64,000 nt of DNA from a virus: positions 1-64,000 of the IMG/VR virus record IMGVR_UViG_3300048442_000818. One strand, given 5' to 3'. Each line of letters opens with the position of its first letter. Positions within the stretch are counted from its first letter, which is position 1. Of this stretch, positions 1 through 7,592 are shown one piece after another. Below the pieces are notes generated by a model that was given only the letters and a program-made list of their open reading frames with translations, ran no database searches and was not told the DNA's origin. The position numbers and the translations under genes were made by a program.

Positions 1-716
1 ACTCTGCCAGTAAATCCGTACAGGCTGCGGCTTATAAGCTCATCCTGGACCGTATGGTAGGTCAGCATAAGCTTCATCCTAACGTAGTGATCACAGCGGC
101 TGGTAACCTGTCTACTGACCGGGCTATTACTAATCCCATCAGTACAGCCATGCAGTCACGGGTTATTCACCTGGAAATGCAGATTAGTTTTGAAGAGTGG
201 CTTTATGATGTAGCTCTTAAGCAGAATTACGATAGTCGTATTATTGCTTACTTGAACCAATACAATTCAAAACTGATGGACTTCCGCCCTGACCATCAAG
301 AGAAAACTTTCTGCTGTCCCCGTACTTGGGAGTTTGCTAATAAACTGATCCAAGGAAAAGAACTTACTGATGAATTTGCTGTACTACTTGCTGGTACACT
401 TACCAGTGGTGTAGCAGTAGAGTTTGTTCAGTTTAGTCGTGTCTTCAAAAATATGATCTCTGTAGATCAAATCTGCAAAGATCCTGAGACATGTAATTTG
501 CCTACCGATACTTCTACTAAGTGGGCGGTTATTTCTCATATGATGGAAAAAGTAGATCATAAAAACTTTGAGTTTTTGTGTACCTACGCAAACCGTTTCA
601 CAGTGGACTTTCGTATTCTGTTCTATCGTTCAGTGTTGATTCGTCAACCTGATCTGCGGTCTCATCCTGCATTCACCCGAGCAATGTCTGAGTTGTCTCG
701 TTATCTTCATGGATAA
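1..716 (+). CDS. MoxR-like AAA+ ATPase (N4 gp24-like), 5' truncated by the window
   Basis: Frame 3 is open from the window start (SASKSVQAAAYKLILDR...). Motifs ITAAGN, AMQSR (Arg finger) and PRTW; adjacent to a vWA/metallopeptidase gene. Confidence 0.85.
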   Translation, partial: SASKSVQAAAYKLILDRMVGQHKLHPNVVITAAGNLSTDRAITNPISTAMQSRVIHLEMQISFEEWLYDVALKQNYDSRIIAYLNQYNSKLMDFRPDHQEKTFCCPRTWEFANKLIQGKELTDEFAVLLAGTLTSGVAVEFVQFSRVFKNMISVDQICKDPETCNLPTDTSTKWAVISHMMEKVDHKNFEFLCTYANRFTVDFRILFYRSVLIRQPDLRSHPAFTRAMSELSRYLHG

Positions 717-719
717 CCT

Positions 720-968
720 ATGCTGGTATCTCGGTATAATCTGAAAGATAAAAACCCTACGCTACTGGCTAATGTGCCAGGGCGTAGGAAATGGTTAGTT
801 AGCTTATATGTATCAGATGGTACAGAACAAATCACAAAAACTGTTCGTAATAAGCAACCCGCTACTCTCCCTGAATTTCTTGATCAAACATTAAAAGAGT
901 TACATGAGATGTACGATGAACTTGATCAGGTAATTGATGGGGGCTTTACCATTCGATTGTTGAGGTAA
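720..968 (+). CDS. hypothetical protein
   Basis: 82-aa ORF packed tightly in the operon. Confidence 0.65.
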   Translation: MLVSRYNLKDKNPTLLANVPGRRKWLVSLYVSDGTEQITKTVRNKQPATLPEFLDQTLKELHEMYDELDQVIDGGFTIRLLR

Positions 969-971
969 GTA

Positions 972-1151
972 ATGGACTTCATTAACAAAAAAGATGTTAT
1001 TGATCGGCCTTATATTGCTGGCTTTAAGGACCAGAAAGTTGCTCTTTATGCTCGCAGTCTAGCTGCTGCCAAGCAAACAGCAGTAGAACATTTCCGACCG
1101 AAAAAACGTGATAAAGGTCTTCTTTGGGTAGAACTTGTTGACAGGAAATAA
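972..1151 (+). CDS. small hypothetical protein (59 aa, MDFINKKDVIDRPY...), not in the ORF track
   Basis: GAGG RBS before ATG 972; TAA 1149-1151; fills the gap exactly. Confidence 0.7.
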   Translation: MDFINKKDVIDRPYIAGFKDQKVALYARSLAAAKQTAVEHFRPKKRDKGLLWVELVDRK

Positions 1152-1153
1152 TT

Positions 1154-2314
1154 ATGGATCTGCAACCTGCTGATGAAGATACACTCGATCTTAATCAACT
1201 CTCAAGAGAACTCGATAAAGCAAAATCCTCAGTGTTTCTTGGAAAGAATGCTGCTTTCCTTGGCTCACTAATGTGTACTTTGAATTTTGTTTGGACTCGT
1301 GGAATTCCATCAGCAGGTACAGATGCTGTTACGCTTTGGTGGAACCCAGATTGGTTTATGACACTGGATCCTAAAGTACGTGAAACTGTTCTTCTTCATG
1401 AACTGTGGCACGCTGCCAGACTTCACATGATTCGTGAAGGTAGCCGTAACCATGAAATCTGGAATTATGCCTGCGATATCCGAATCAATAATGACCTTGA
1501 AAACGAAGGTTATTCTTTCCTTGGGGTCGAAGACTGTTGGAAAGATCATTCAGTAGACCATAATGGCACTGCGGCTGAAGAGGATATTTATGATCTCCTC
1601 ATGCAGCACCAAAATCCGCCACCACCAAGTGGTAGTTGGGGTGATGGCAAATCAGACATGATTCCGATGTCTGAGTCCCAAAAACAGACGGCTGTTAATA
1701 ACGTCGTTCAGGCTGTACAACAGGCCAAAGTAGCTGGTCAAGCTGGTAATCTACCGGGTGGTATTGAAGAAACTCTGAAAAAGTTCCTTGAACCAGTGAT
1801 CCCATGGCAGAGTGTATTGATGCAATTCTTTACTGATTTGCTCAATGAAGATTTCACTTGGAAACGCCCAAACCGTCGTCACCAAAATATTTACCTCCCG
1901 TCACGCTATACCGATGATGGTCGATTAGAACATCTCATGTATTTCTTGGATGTGTCAGGCTCCATTAGGGAATCTGATCTACTTCGCTTTAATAGTGAAG
2001 TGAAATATATCCAAGAAACTCTCAAACCCCAAAAACTAACTCTTGTTCAGTTTGATACTAAAATCACTGATGTGAAAGAGTTTAAAGAAGATGATCCCTT
2101 TGATGAAATTAAAATCAAAGGTCGGGGTGGTACTTCATTTGTACCTGTTAAGCAATACATCGAAAAACATAAACCCACAGCAGCAATTATCTTTTCTGAT
2201 ATGTACTGTGCTCCTATGGAACCATTACAAGAAGAGATACCGATTATTTGGGTAGCTATTGATAATCGTGGTGCTACTGTTCCTTTCGGCAAGTTGATTC
2301 ATATCAGCGATTAG
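1154..2314 (+). CDS. metallopeptidase-like + vWA domain protein (N4 gp25-like)
   Basis: HELWH (HExxH), MIDAS DVSGS, GRGGT, FSD. Confidence 0.9.
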   Translation: MDLQPADEDTLDLNQLSRELDKAKSSVFLGKNAAFLGSLMCTLNFVWTRGIPSAGTDAVTLWWNPDWFMTLDPKVRETVLLHELWHAARLHMIREGSRNHEIWNYACDIRINNDLENEGYSFLGVEDCWKDHSVDHNGTAAEEDIYDLLMQHQNPPPPSGSWGDGKSDMIPMSESQKQTAVNNVVQAVQQAKVAGQAGNLPGGIEETLKKFLEPVIPWQSVLMQFFTDLLNEDFTWKRPNRRHQNIYLPSRYTDDGRLEHLMYFLDVSGSIRESDLLRFNSEVKYIQETLKPQKLTLVQFDTKITDVKEFKEDDPFDEIKIKGRGGTSFVPVKQYIEKHKPTAAIIFSDMYCAPMEPLQEEIPIIWVAIDNRGATVPFGKLIHISD

Positions 2315-2322
2315 GTGATAAC

Positions 2323-2814
2323 ATGGTTGTTAACTCAACAGATCTTCTTGAAGCTAAACCGATTAAAGGTATGTTTCATCGTAAAATAAAAGAACATGGT
2401 GTTAGTCATGGTCTCGGTGAAGCTGGTTATGATATCCGCATTAAACAAGATGTAACCTTTAAAAGAGGTTTTTCTGAACTAGTAACTTTAGTTGATGGTG
2501 AAAGATTTCCTGGTTGGTTTGTTATTGCTTCTGCTATTGAAGAATTTCAAATGCCCACCAACCTCATGGGTATTGTCCATGATAAGTCTACCTGGGCACG
2601 CCAGGGACTTTCTGTATTCAACACAGTGATTGAGCCAGGATGGAATGGATTCCTCACCCTTGAGCTTGTATATCACGGCCACCAAGATCTGGTGATCCCT
2701 GCTGGTTCAGGTATTGCTCAAGTCATCTTCCATGAGTTAGCATTGGAAACTCAGTACACAGGTCGTTATCAGAACCAAGGGGATAAACCTATCCCGGCCA
2801 AACGTGCTGAATAA
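2323..2814 (+). CDS. dcd: dCTP deaminase
   Basis: AGYDIR, DKSTWARQGL, IEPGWNGFLTLE, GIAQVIF, YTGRYQNQ; N4 gp26 position. Confidence 0.9.
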   Translation: MVVNSTDLLEAKPIKGMFHRKIKEHGVSHGLGEAGYDIRIKQDVTFKRGFSELVTLVDGERFPGWFVIASAIEEFQMPTNLMGIVHDKSTWARQGLSVFNTVIEPGWNGFLTLELVYHGHQDLVIPAGSGIAQVIFHELALETQYTGRYQNQGDKPIPAKRAE

Positions 2815-2821
2815 AGTTTAT

Positions 2822-2872
2822 CCGCAAAGGTAGGGATCCAACCCTTCCCCCAACCTATCTTTGCGGTTTTTT
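2822..2872 (+). terminator. intrinsic terminator / hairpin ahead of the tRNA cluster
   Basis: CCGCAAAGGTAGG...CCTATCTTTGCGG followed by T6. Confidence 0.65.
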
Positions 2873-2876
2873 ATTT

Positions 2877-2953
2877 CCGAGTTTAGCTCAGTTTGGTAGA
2901 GCACTTGCTTTGGGAGCAAGGGGTCGAAGGTTCAAGTCCTTCAACTCGGACCA
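2877..2953 (+). tRNA. tRNA-Pro (TGG)
   Basis: Acceptor CCGAGTT/AACTCGG, anticodon arm CTTGC-TT TGG GA-GCAAG, GGTTCAAG T-loop, encoded CCA. Confidence 0.95.
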
Positions 2954-2958
2954 ATTAT

Positions 2959-3033
2959 TGGCATGTAGCTCAGAGGTAGAGCAGGTGGCTGTTAACCACC
3001 CGGTCGTAGGTTCGATCCCTACCGTGCCAGCCA
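2959..3033 (+). tRNA. tRNA-Asn (GTT)
   Basis: Acceptor TGGCATG/CGTGCCA, arm GGTGG-CT GTT AA-CCACC, GGTTCGAT, CCA. Confidence 0.95.
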
Positions 3034-3039
3034 GTTAAT

Positions 3040-3124
3040 GCGACTGTGGCGGAATTGGTAGACGCACTAGATTTAGGTTCTAGCGCCCTATGGCGTGGGA
3101 GTTCAAGTCTCCCCAGTCGTACCA
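3040..3124 (+). tRNA. tRNA-Leu (TAG)
   Basis: Acceptor GCGACTG/CAGTCGT, arm CTAGA-TT TAG GT-TCTAG, long variable arm, CCA. Confidence 0.95.
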
Positions 3125-3129
3125 TTTAT

Positions 3130-3206
3130 GTTCCTGTAACTCAGTGGATTAGAGTAGTAGCCTTCTAAGCTATTTGTCGTAGGTTCAAATCCTACCAGGA
3201 ACGCCA
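3130..3206 (+). tRNA. tRNA-Arg (TCT)
   Basis: Acceptor GTTCCTG/CAGGAAC, arm GTAGC-CT TCT AA-GCTAT, CCA. Confidence 0.95.
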
Positions 3207-3208
3207 CT

Positions 3209-3282
3209 TTCTCCAGAACAGTATTACAAATGTTTTAATACTATTCAGTATCATAAAATATATTGAATGCTGTTCTGGAGAA
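3209..3282 (+). repeat. long imperfect inverted repeat (rod-like hairpin) inside the tRNA cluster
   Basis: TTCTCCAGAACAGTATT...AATGCTGTTCTGGAGAA, with inner ATGTTTTA/TAAAATAT and ATACT-ATTC-AGTAT. Confidence 0.85.
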
Positions 3283-3290
3283 CTTATTCA

Positions 3291-3377
3291 GCGAGTATGG
3301 TGAAATTGGTAGACACAAGAGACTTAAAATCTCTCGGCCTTATGGCTGTGCCGGTTCGAGTCCGGCTACTCGCACCA
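3291..3377 (+). tRNA. tRNA-Leu (TAA)
   Basis: Acceptor GCGAGTA/TACTCGC, arm AGAGA-CT TAA AA-TCTCT, long variable arm, CCA. Confidence 0.95.
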
Positions 3378-3416
3378 ATCTCTGTAGTTATCTTTTAAAA
3401 CAATCCTGAGGTGCAA

Positions 3417-5408
3417 ATGAATAATTTCAAACCTTTTGCAGAAGCCCTGTGTCTGCATTTTGATAGCATGTCTGAAAATGAGTTGTACTGTGTAGATATT
3501 CCAGGACAAACCATTTGGGAAATGTATCTTGAAGCATTCCCTGAAGGCACTAATCCCATTTATCGCGTTCGTACTGAACATGATGGATCATATGATCGAT
3601 CTGTAATTCGTAAGATTGGTAATCTCGTTGTTATTAATGAAGATGGTAGTTTTACTACTATCTGGGATATCCCCAATCTCTCTTACCCTTATAAAGAAGT
3701 TTGTGCAACTCTTGCTTTTATTATTAAGAGTGCAGCAATCAATAATGTGTTTCGTATTAAAGAGCGTATGTTGGGTTATACCCAAACTACTGAAAAATTG
3801 GAAGATGGTTCCAACCATATCTGGCACCACTTTCATACAAAAATTGCCAATAAACACTATGCTCAATCCCCTGCTGAAGCTCAAGGCAGTTTGCAAACAA
3901 CCGCTTCAGTATTGGAGCGTGGTCTGCATGAAATTAGCATTCCTGCTCTCGATACTATTCTTGATCTTATCGAAAGAGGATCATTATACCGTGGTGATGA
4001 GTTCAAAAATCAAATTGTTAATTTCCGTTCTTTGAAAAAACAATTTGATTACTGTAGTACAACTCAGGCTATTAGTATTATTGTTTGGAAAAACGTGCAT
4101 AATCCTGTTGCTCGTTTTCGTAACACAGTGATTGGTACTCTTGCGGTTGATTTGTCTAATCAAATTGATCTTGAACAAGCTGTACGTTCTTTTGAACAAA
4201 AAGTAGCACCCACTAATTACAAACGTCCAACCGCATTGATCACACAAGGTATGATCGATAATGCTGTTAAGAAGATCGAGGAACTTGATCTTGAAAGTTC
4301 ATTGCAGCGTCGTCTTGCTAAACTGTCTGATGTATCAGTAAATGATGTACTTTGGGTTGGTAACAACGCTAAAGACAAAATGAAAGACGATGGTTTAACT
4401 GAACTGCTACAAAGTGAGGTTAAAAGTAACGTCACTAAACAGGTTAATGAAAATATTTCCATTGAAGATTTTGTTAAGCATGTACTGCCTGTAACACAGT
4501 CAATGGAAGTGTTGATGAAGAATCGTCTTCAGAGCAACCTGATGACCCTCACAGCACCTGCTAATGAAGACGCACGTAACATCTTCAAATGGTCTAACCC
4601 CTTTGCATGGTCCTACAACGGCAACATCACCGATGCCATTAAGGAGAAGGTGAAATTAGCCGGTGGTAATGTCAAAGCTGACATTCGGGTATCTTTGGCT
4701 TGGTTCAATTACGATGACCTTGATATCCACTGTCATGGTCCCATGGGTCATGTTTACTTTGGATCCCGTAAAGGAATCCTTGATGTAGACATGAATGCTG
4801 GTGGTCGTGAAAGTCGTGAACCAGTAGAAAATCTTGCTTTTGATAATCCTCAAGATGGTCACTACAAAATTGAGGTGAATCAATATTCTCAACGTGAAGT
4901 ATGTGATATCGGCTTCACAATACAGTTTGTTTCTGACGGTATAAATGAACAGTATCATTACGATGGTATCGTCAAAAATAGAGTGAGTGTGCTGGAATTT
5001 TTTGTCAAGAACGGCAAAATTGTAGATCATAAAGTTTTGGATAAAAATCTCAAAACTGAAGGTACTCCTGAAAATATCTGGGGTATTCAGACAGAAACAT
5101 TTGTTCCTGTTAGTACTCTCATGCTATCTCCAAATTATTGGAATGGTGAGACTGTTGGTAACAAACATTGGTTCTTCCTTTTGGAAGGTTGTAAAACCAG
5201 TGAACCAGTACGTGGGATTTACAATGAGTTTTTGCATTCAGAACTGGATGAATACCGTAAAGTATTCGAGGTACTGGGTAATAAAACTAAATGTGAACCT
5301 GTGGATGAGCAAATGTCCGGTCTTGGATTCAGTTCCACTAAACGCGAAGAAGTAACTGTTCGTGTTAAAGGAACAAAACTCAATAAAACTTATCTCGTGA
5401 AATTCTAA
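3417..5408 (+). CDS. large conserved phage protein with a YfaP/DUF2135-like domain
   Basis: DDLDIHC...LDVDMNAGG...PVEN...GHYKIEVNQY. ATG 3417 after GAGGT (track start GTG 3411). Confidence 0.7.
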   Translation: MNNFKPFAEALCLHFDSMSENELYCVDIPGQTIWEMYLEAFPEGTNPIYRVRTEHDGSYDRSVIRKIGNLVVINEDGSFTTIWDIPNLSYPYKEVCATLAFIIKSAAINNVFRIKERMLGYTQTTEKLEDGSNHIWHHFHTKIANKHYAQSPAEAQGSLQTTASVLERGLHEISIPALDTILDLIERGSLYRGDEFKNQIVNFRSLKKQFDYCSTTQAISIIVWKNVHNPVARFRNTVIGTLAVDLSNQIDLEQAVRSFEQKVAPTNYKRPTALITQGMIDNAVKKIEELDLESSLQRRLAKLSDVSVNDVLWVGNNAKDKMKDDGLTELLQSEVKSNVTKQVNENISIEDFVKHVLPVTQSMEVLMKNRLQSNLMTLTAPANEDARNIFKWSNPFAWSYNGNITDAIKEKVKLAGGNVKADIRVSLAWFNYDDLDIHCHGPMGHVYFGSRKGILDVDMNAGGRESREPVENLAFDNPQDGHYKIEVNQYSQREVCDIGFTIQFVSDGINEQYHYDGIVKNRVSVLEFFVKNGKIVDHKVLDKNLKTEGTPENIWGIQTETFVPVSTLMLSPNYWNGETVGNKHWFFLLEGCKTSEPVRGIYNEFLHSELDEYRKVFEVLGNKTKCEPVDEQMSGLGFSSTKREEVTVRVKGTKLNKTYLVKF

Positions 5409-5420
5409 GGAGAAATATTC

Positions 5421-5828
5421 ATGGAAAAGCTATTTGAAAAAGCAAGCCGTGCTGCCTATCGTTTTCCTTCTGTAAAAGGTGAACTTACTGTTGAACAGCT
5501 CTGGCATATGCCTTTGCAATCAAACAGTAAATTCGATCTGGATAACGTAGCTCGTGCAGTGAATCAAGAACTCAAATCTGTAACTGAAGATAGCTTTGTT
5601 GAAACTCGTAGTAATCCCCGTAAGGGTTCACTGGAAAATAAGCTTGCTATTGTTAAGTATATTATCCAAGTGAAAATCGAAGAGAACAAAGCAAAGCGCG
5701 AAGCATCTCAACGTCAAGAAGAAATCCGTAAACTGGAAGATATTCTTGAACGTAAACGTCATCAAGAACTTGAAGGCAAAGAAGCTTCTGAGATTGAAAA
5801 ACGACTGGAAGAACTACGTAAAGGTTAA
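5421..5828 (+). CDS. conserved phage coiled-coil protein, partner of the upstream gene
   Basis: AAGGAG RBS; LFEKASR..YRFPS.KGELTVEQLW; charged coiled-coil C-terminus. Confidence 0.8.
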   Translation: MEKLFEKASRAAYRFPSVKGELTVEQLWHMPLQSNSKFDLDNVARAVNQELKSVTEDSFVETRSNPRKGSLENKLAIVKYIIQVKIEENKAKREASQRQEEIRKLEDILERKRHQELEGKEASEIEKRLEELRKG

Positions 5829-5853
5829 TCCTAGACGTAAGTGAACAGTACAC

Positions 5854-5888
5854 AGAAAAGCCAGAGATTTTCTCTGGCTTTTCTTTTT
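5854..5888 (+). terminator. intrinsic terminator (possibly bidirectional)
   Basis: Perfect 14-bp stem AGAAAAGCCAGAGA/TCTCTGGCTTTTCT with T tail. Confidence 0.85.
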
Positions 5889-5898
5889 AGAGATAACC

Positions 5899-6090
5899 AT
5901 GAGTACATTAATTGGATTTTTCATCCTATTAGTATTAGTGATCTTATATCAAAGACACATAACAGCTATAGCATGTGCTTTGTTAGGATTACTTTTCATT
6001 AACTTTTTGGGTGGAATCATTATAGGTTTCATAGTCTTCTGGTTAATGAAAGATAGTTCTGATCCAGAAGATGAAAACTTCAAACCCTGA
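5899..6090 (+). CDS. small membrane protein
   Basis: 63 aa, two or three hydrophobic stretches. Confidence 0.65.
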   Translation: MSTLIGFFILLVLVILYQRHITAIACALLGLLFINFLGGIIIGFIVFWLMKDSSDPEDENFKP

Positions 6091-6104
6091 ACCAAGGAAA
6101 AAAC

Positions 6105-7010
6105 ATGTTCCCTGCAACAGCTAAAATTATTGCTCACAGCATGAGTCCTGCTGAAATTCAACTAATTACTTTTCAACTGCGTTACTGGCGCCCAGTCCAC
6201 GCTGAATTGATGACACACCGTGTATTCAGCCGTAATGCTGGTAGTAGTCGTGCAAGGCCCAGTGCCAAGATCATTGAGCAAGTCCGACATGAACCATGGG
6301 GACCACTGCATTGGGGTAAGAATCAGCCCGGTATGCAAGCTAATACAGAGCTTACTGACTTTGAATTAACTCAAGCCCAAGAACAATGGTTCATGGCAGC
6401 GAATGACGCAGCCGATCACGCCAGTTCTTTGCTTAAACTTGGTGCGCACAAACAGGTAGTTAATCGTTTGTTGGAACCTTTCACCTACATTGATGTATTA
6501 GTGACAGCCACTGATTATAACAATTGGTATGCACTACGTGACCATCCGGATGCATACCCTGAAATCAGACAACTAGCTGTTGCTATGAAATCTGCTGTAG
6601 AGAGTAGTACCCCAAAGATCTTGGAACACGGTGAATGGCACTTGCCCTACATCACTGAGCATGATTGGGAATTAGCTCATGCTGAGCTTAAGAAGAATCG
6701 TATTGTTCGTAGTGAACCTACTAGCTACGAAAAAATGCAATTGCTTCGTAAAGTGAGTGCTGCCCGTTGTGCCCGTATTTCCTACAAAGCTTTTGATAAT
6801 TCCAGTAGCTTTGAAAAAGACCTGGAATTGTTCAATAAACTTCTTGTAGAAGAACCACTTCATGCATCTCCGGCTGAACATCAAGCTACTCCTGATTTCT
6901 ATGAACACACAAAGGATGGTCCACAATGGTCAAGCGAAGAACTCCATGGAAACTTCCGAGGGTGGATCCAGTTTCGCAAGATGCTGCCAAACGAGTCAGT
7001 TCAGTGGTAG
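6105..7010 (+). CDS. thyX: flavin-dependent thymidylate synthase
   Basis: HAELMTHRVFSRNAGSSRA (ThyX motif), HKQVVNRLLEPF, SAARCARISY, HASPAEHQA. Confidence 0.92.
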   Translation: MFPATAKIIAHSMSPAEIQLITFQLRYWRPVHAELMTHRVFSRNAGSSRARPSAKIIEQVRHEPWGPLHWGKNQPGMQANTELTDFELTQAQEQWFMAANDAADHASSLLKLGAHKQVVNRLLEPFTYIDVLVTATDYNNWYALRDHPDAYPEIRQLAVAMKSAVESSTPKILEHGEWHLPYITEHDWELAHAELKKNRIVRSEPTSYEKMQLLRKVSAARCARISYKAFDNSSSFEKDLELFNKLLVEEPLHASPAEHQATPDFYEHTKDGPQWSSEELHGNFRGWIQFRKMLPNESVQW

Positions 7011-7330
7011 AAGAAACATATTATGAAACAGTTTCAGAATATATAAATGAAGAGGCTGAAAGAAAAAATATCTACAATAAGAAGGTTAATCAAGCTACTC
7101 AATTTGCTAATGAACCTGACAGCCAATCTTATAATGATTGGGTTGCATTATTTTTTATGGGACTTACTTTAGCTGGTCTTGAGTTATTACCTATAGAAAC
7201 AGGAATTACACCTAGACCTTATTGGGTACGCGCTCCTTTACCTCCTCTCAGTGATCCAGATGCTTGGACAGTCAGTTGGATTATTGAGGTTGATGCTTTC
7301 CATGATGGAGTAAAGTCTAATGACTCTTAA
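7004..7330 (+). CDS. hypothetical protein (start uncertain; GTG 7004 likely)
   Basis: ORF fills the gap after thyX. Confidence 0.55.
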   Translation: MVEETYYETVSEYINEEAERKNIYNKKVNQATQFANEPDSQSYNDWVALFFMGLTLAGLELLPIETGITPRPYWVRAPLPPLSDPDAWTVSWIIEVDAFHDGVKSNDS

Positions 7331-7583
7331 TGAGTATTTAGCTTCAAAGAGAATTCTCACTGATCACATTAATGATAAAAACATGTCTTCCTGTTTTGGT
7401 GATAGTTGGACTGTAGAAGATCTATCTCAGCTAACTTTATTAGCTGCTATGAATGGATTAGTGCTAATAGACACTGAGAAAGCTTTTGAAATGGAACAAG
7501 AACCTTTGTTATGTGGGTTGATTAGAATCCCCACATATGGCTTTCATTACGTATATCCGGCAGACCAAATAAACAATTCTTAG
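7320..7583 (+). CDS. hypothetical protein
   Basis: GGAG RBS; 87 aa. Confidence 0.65.
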   Translation: MTLNEYLASKRILTDHINDKNMSSCFGDSWTVEDLSQLTLLAAMNGLVLIDTEKAFEMEQEPLLCGLIRIPTYGFHYVYPADQINNS

Positions 7584-7592
7584 GAGAAACCG

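Noticed and set aside
1-2314. AAA ATPase + vWA/metallopeptidase pair as a novel system
   Set aside because: Core N4-like gene pair (gp24/gp25), already widely seen.
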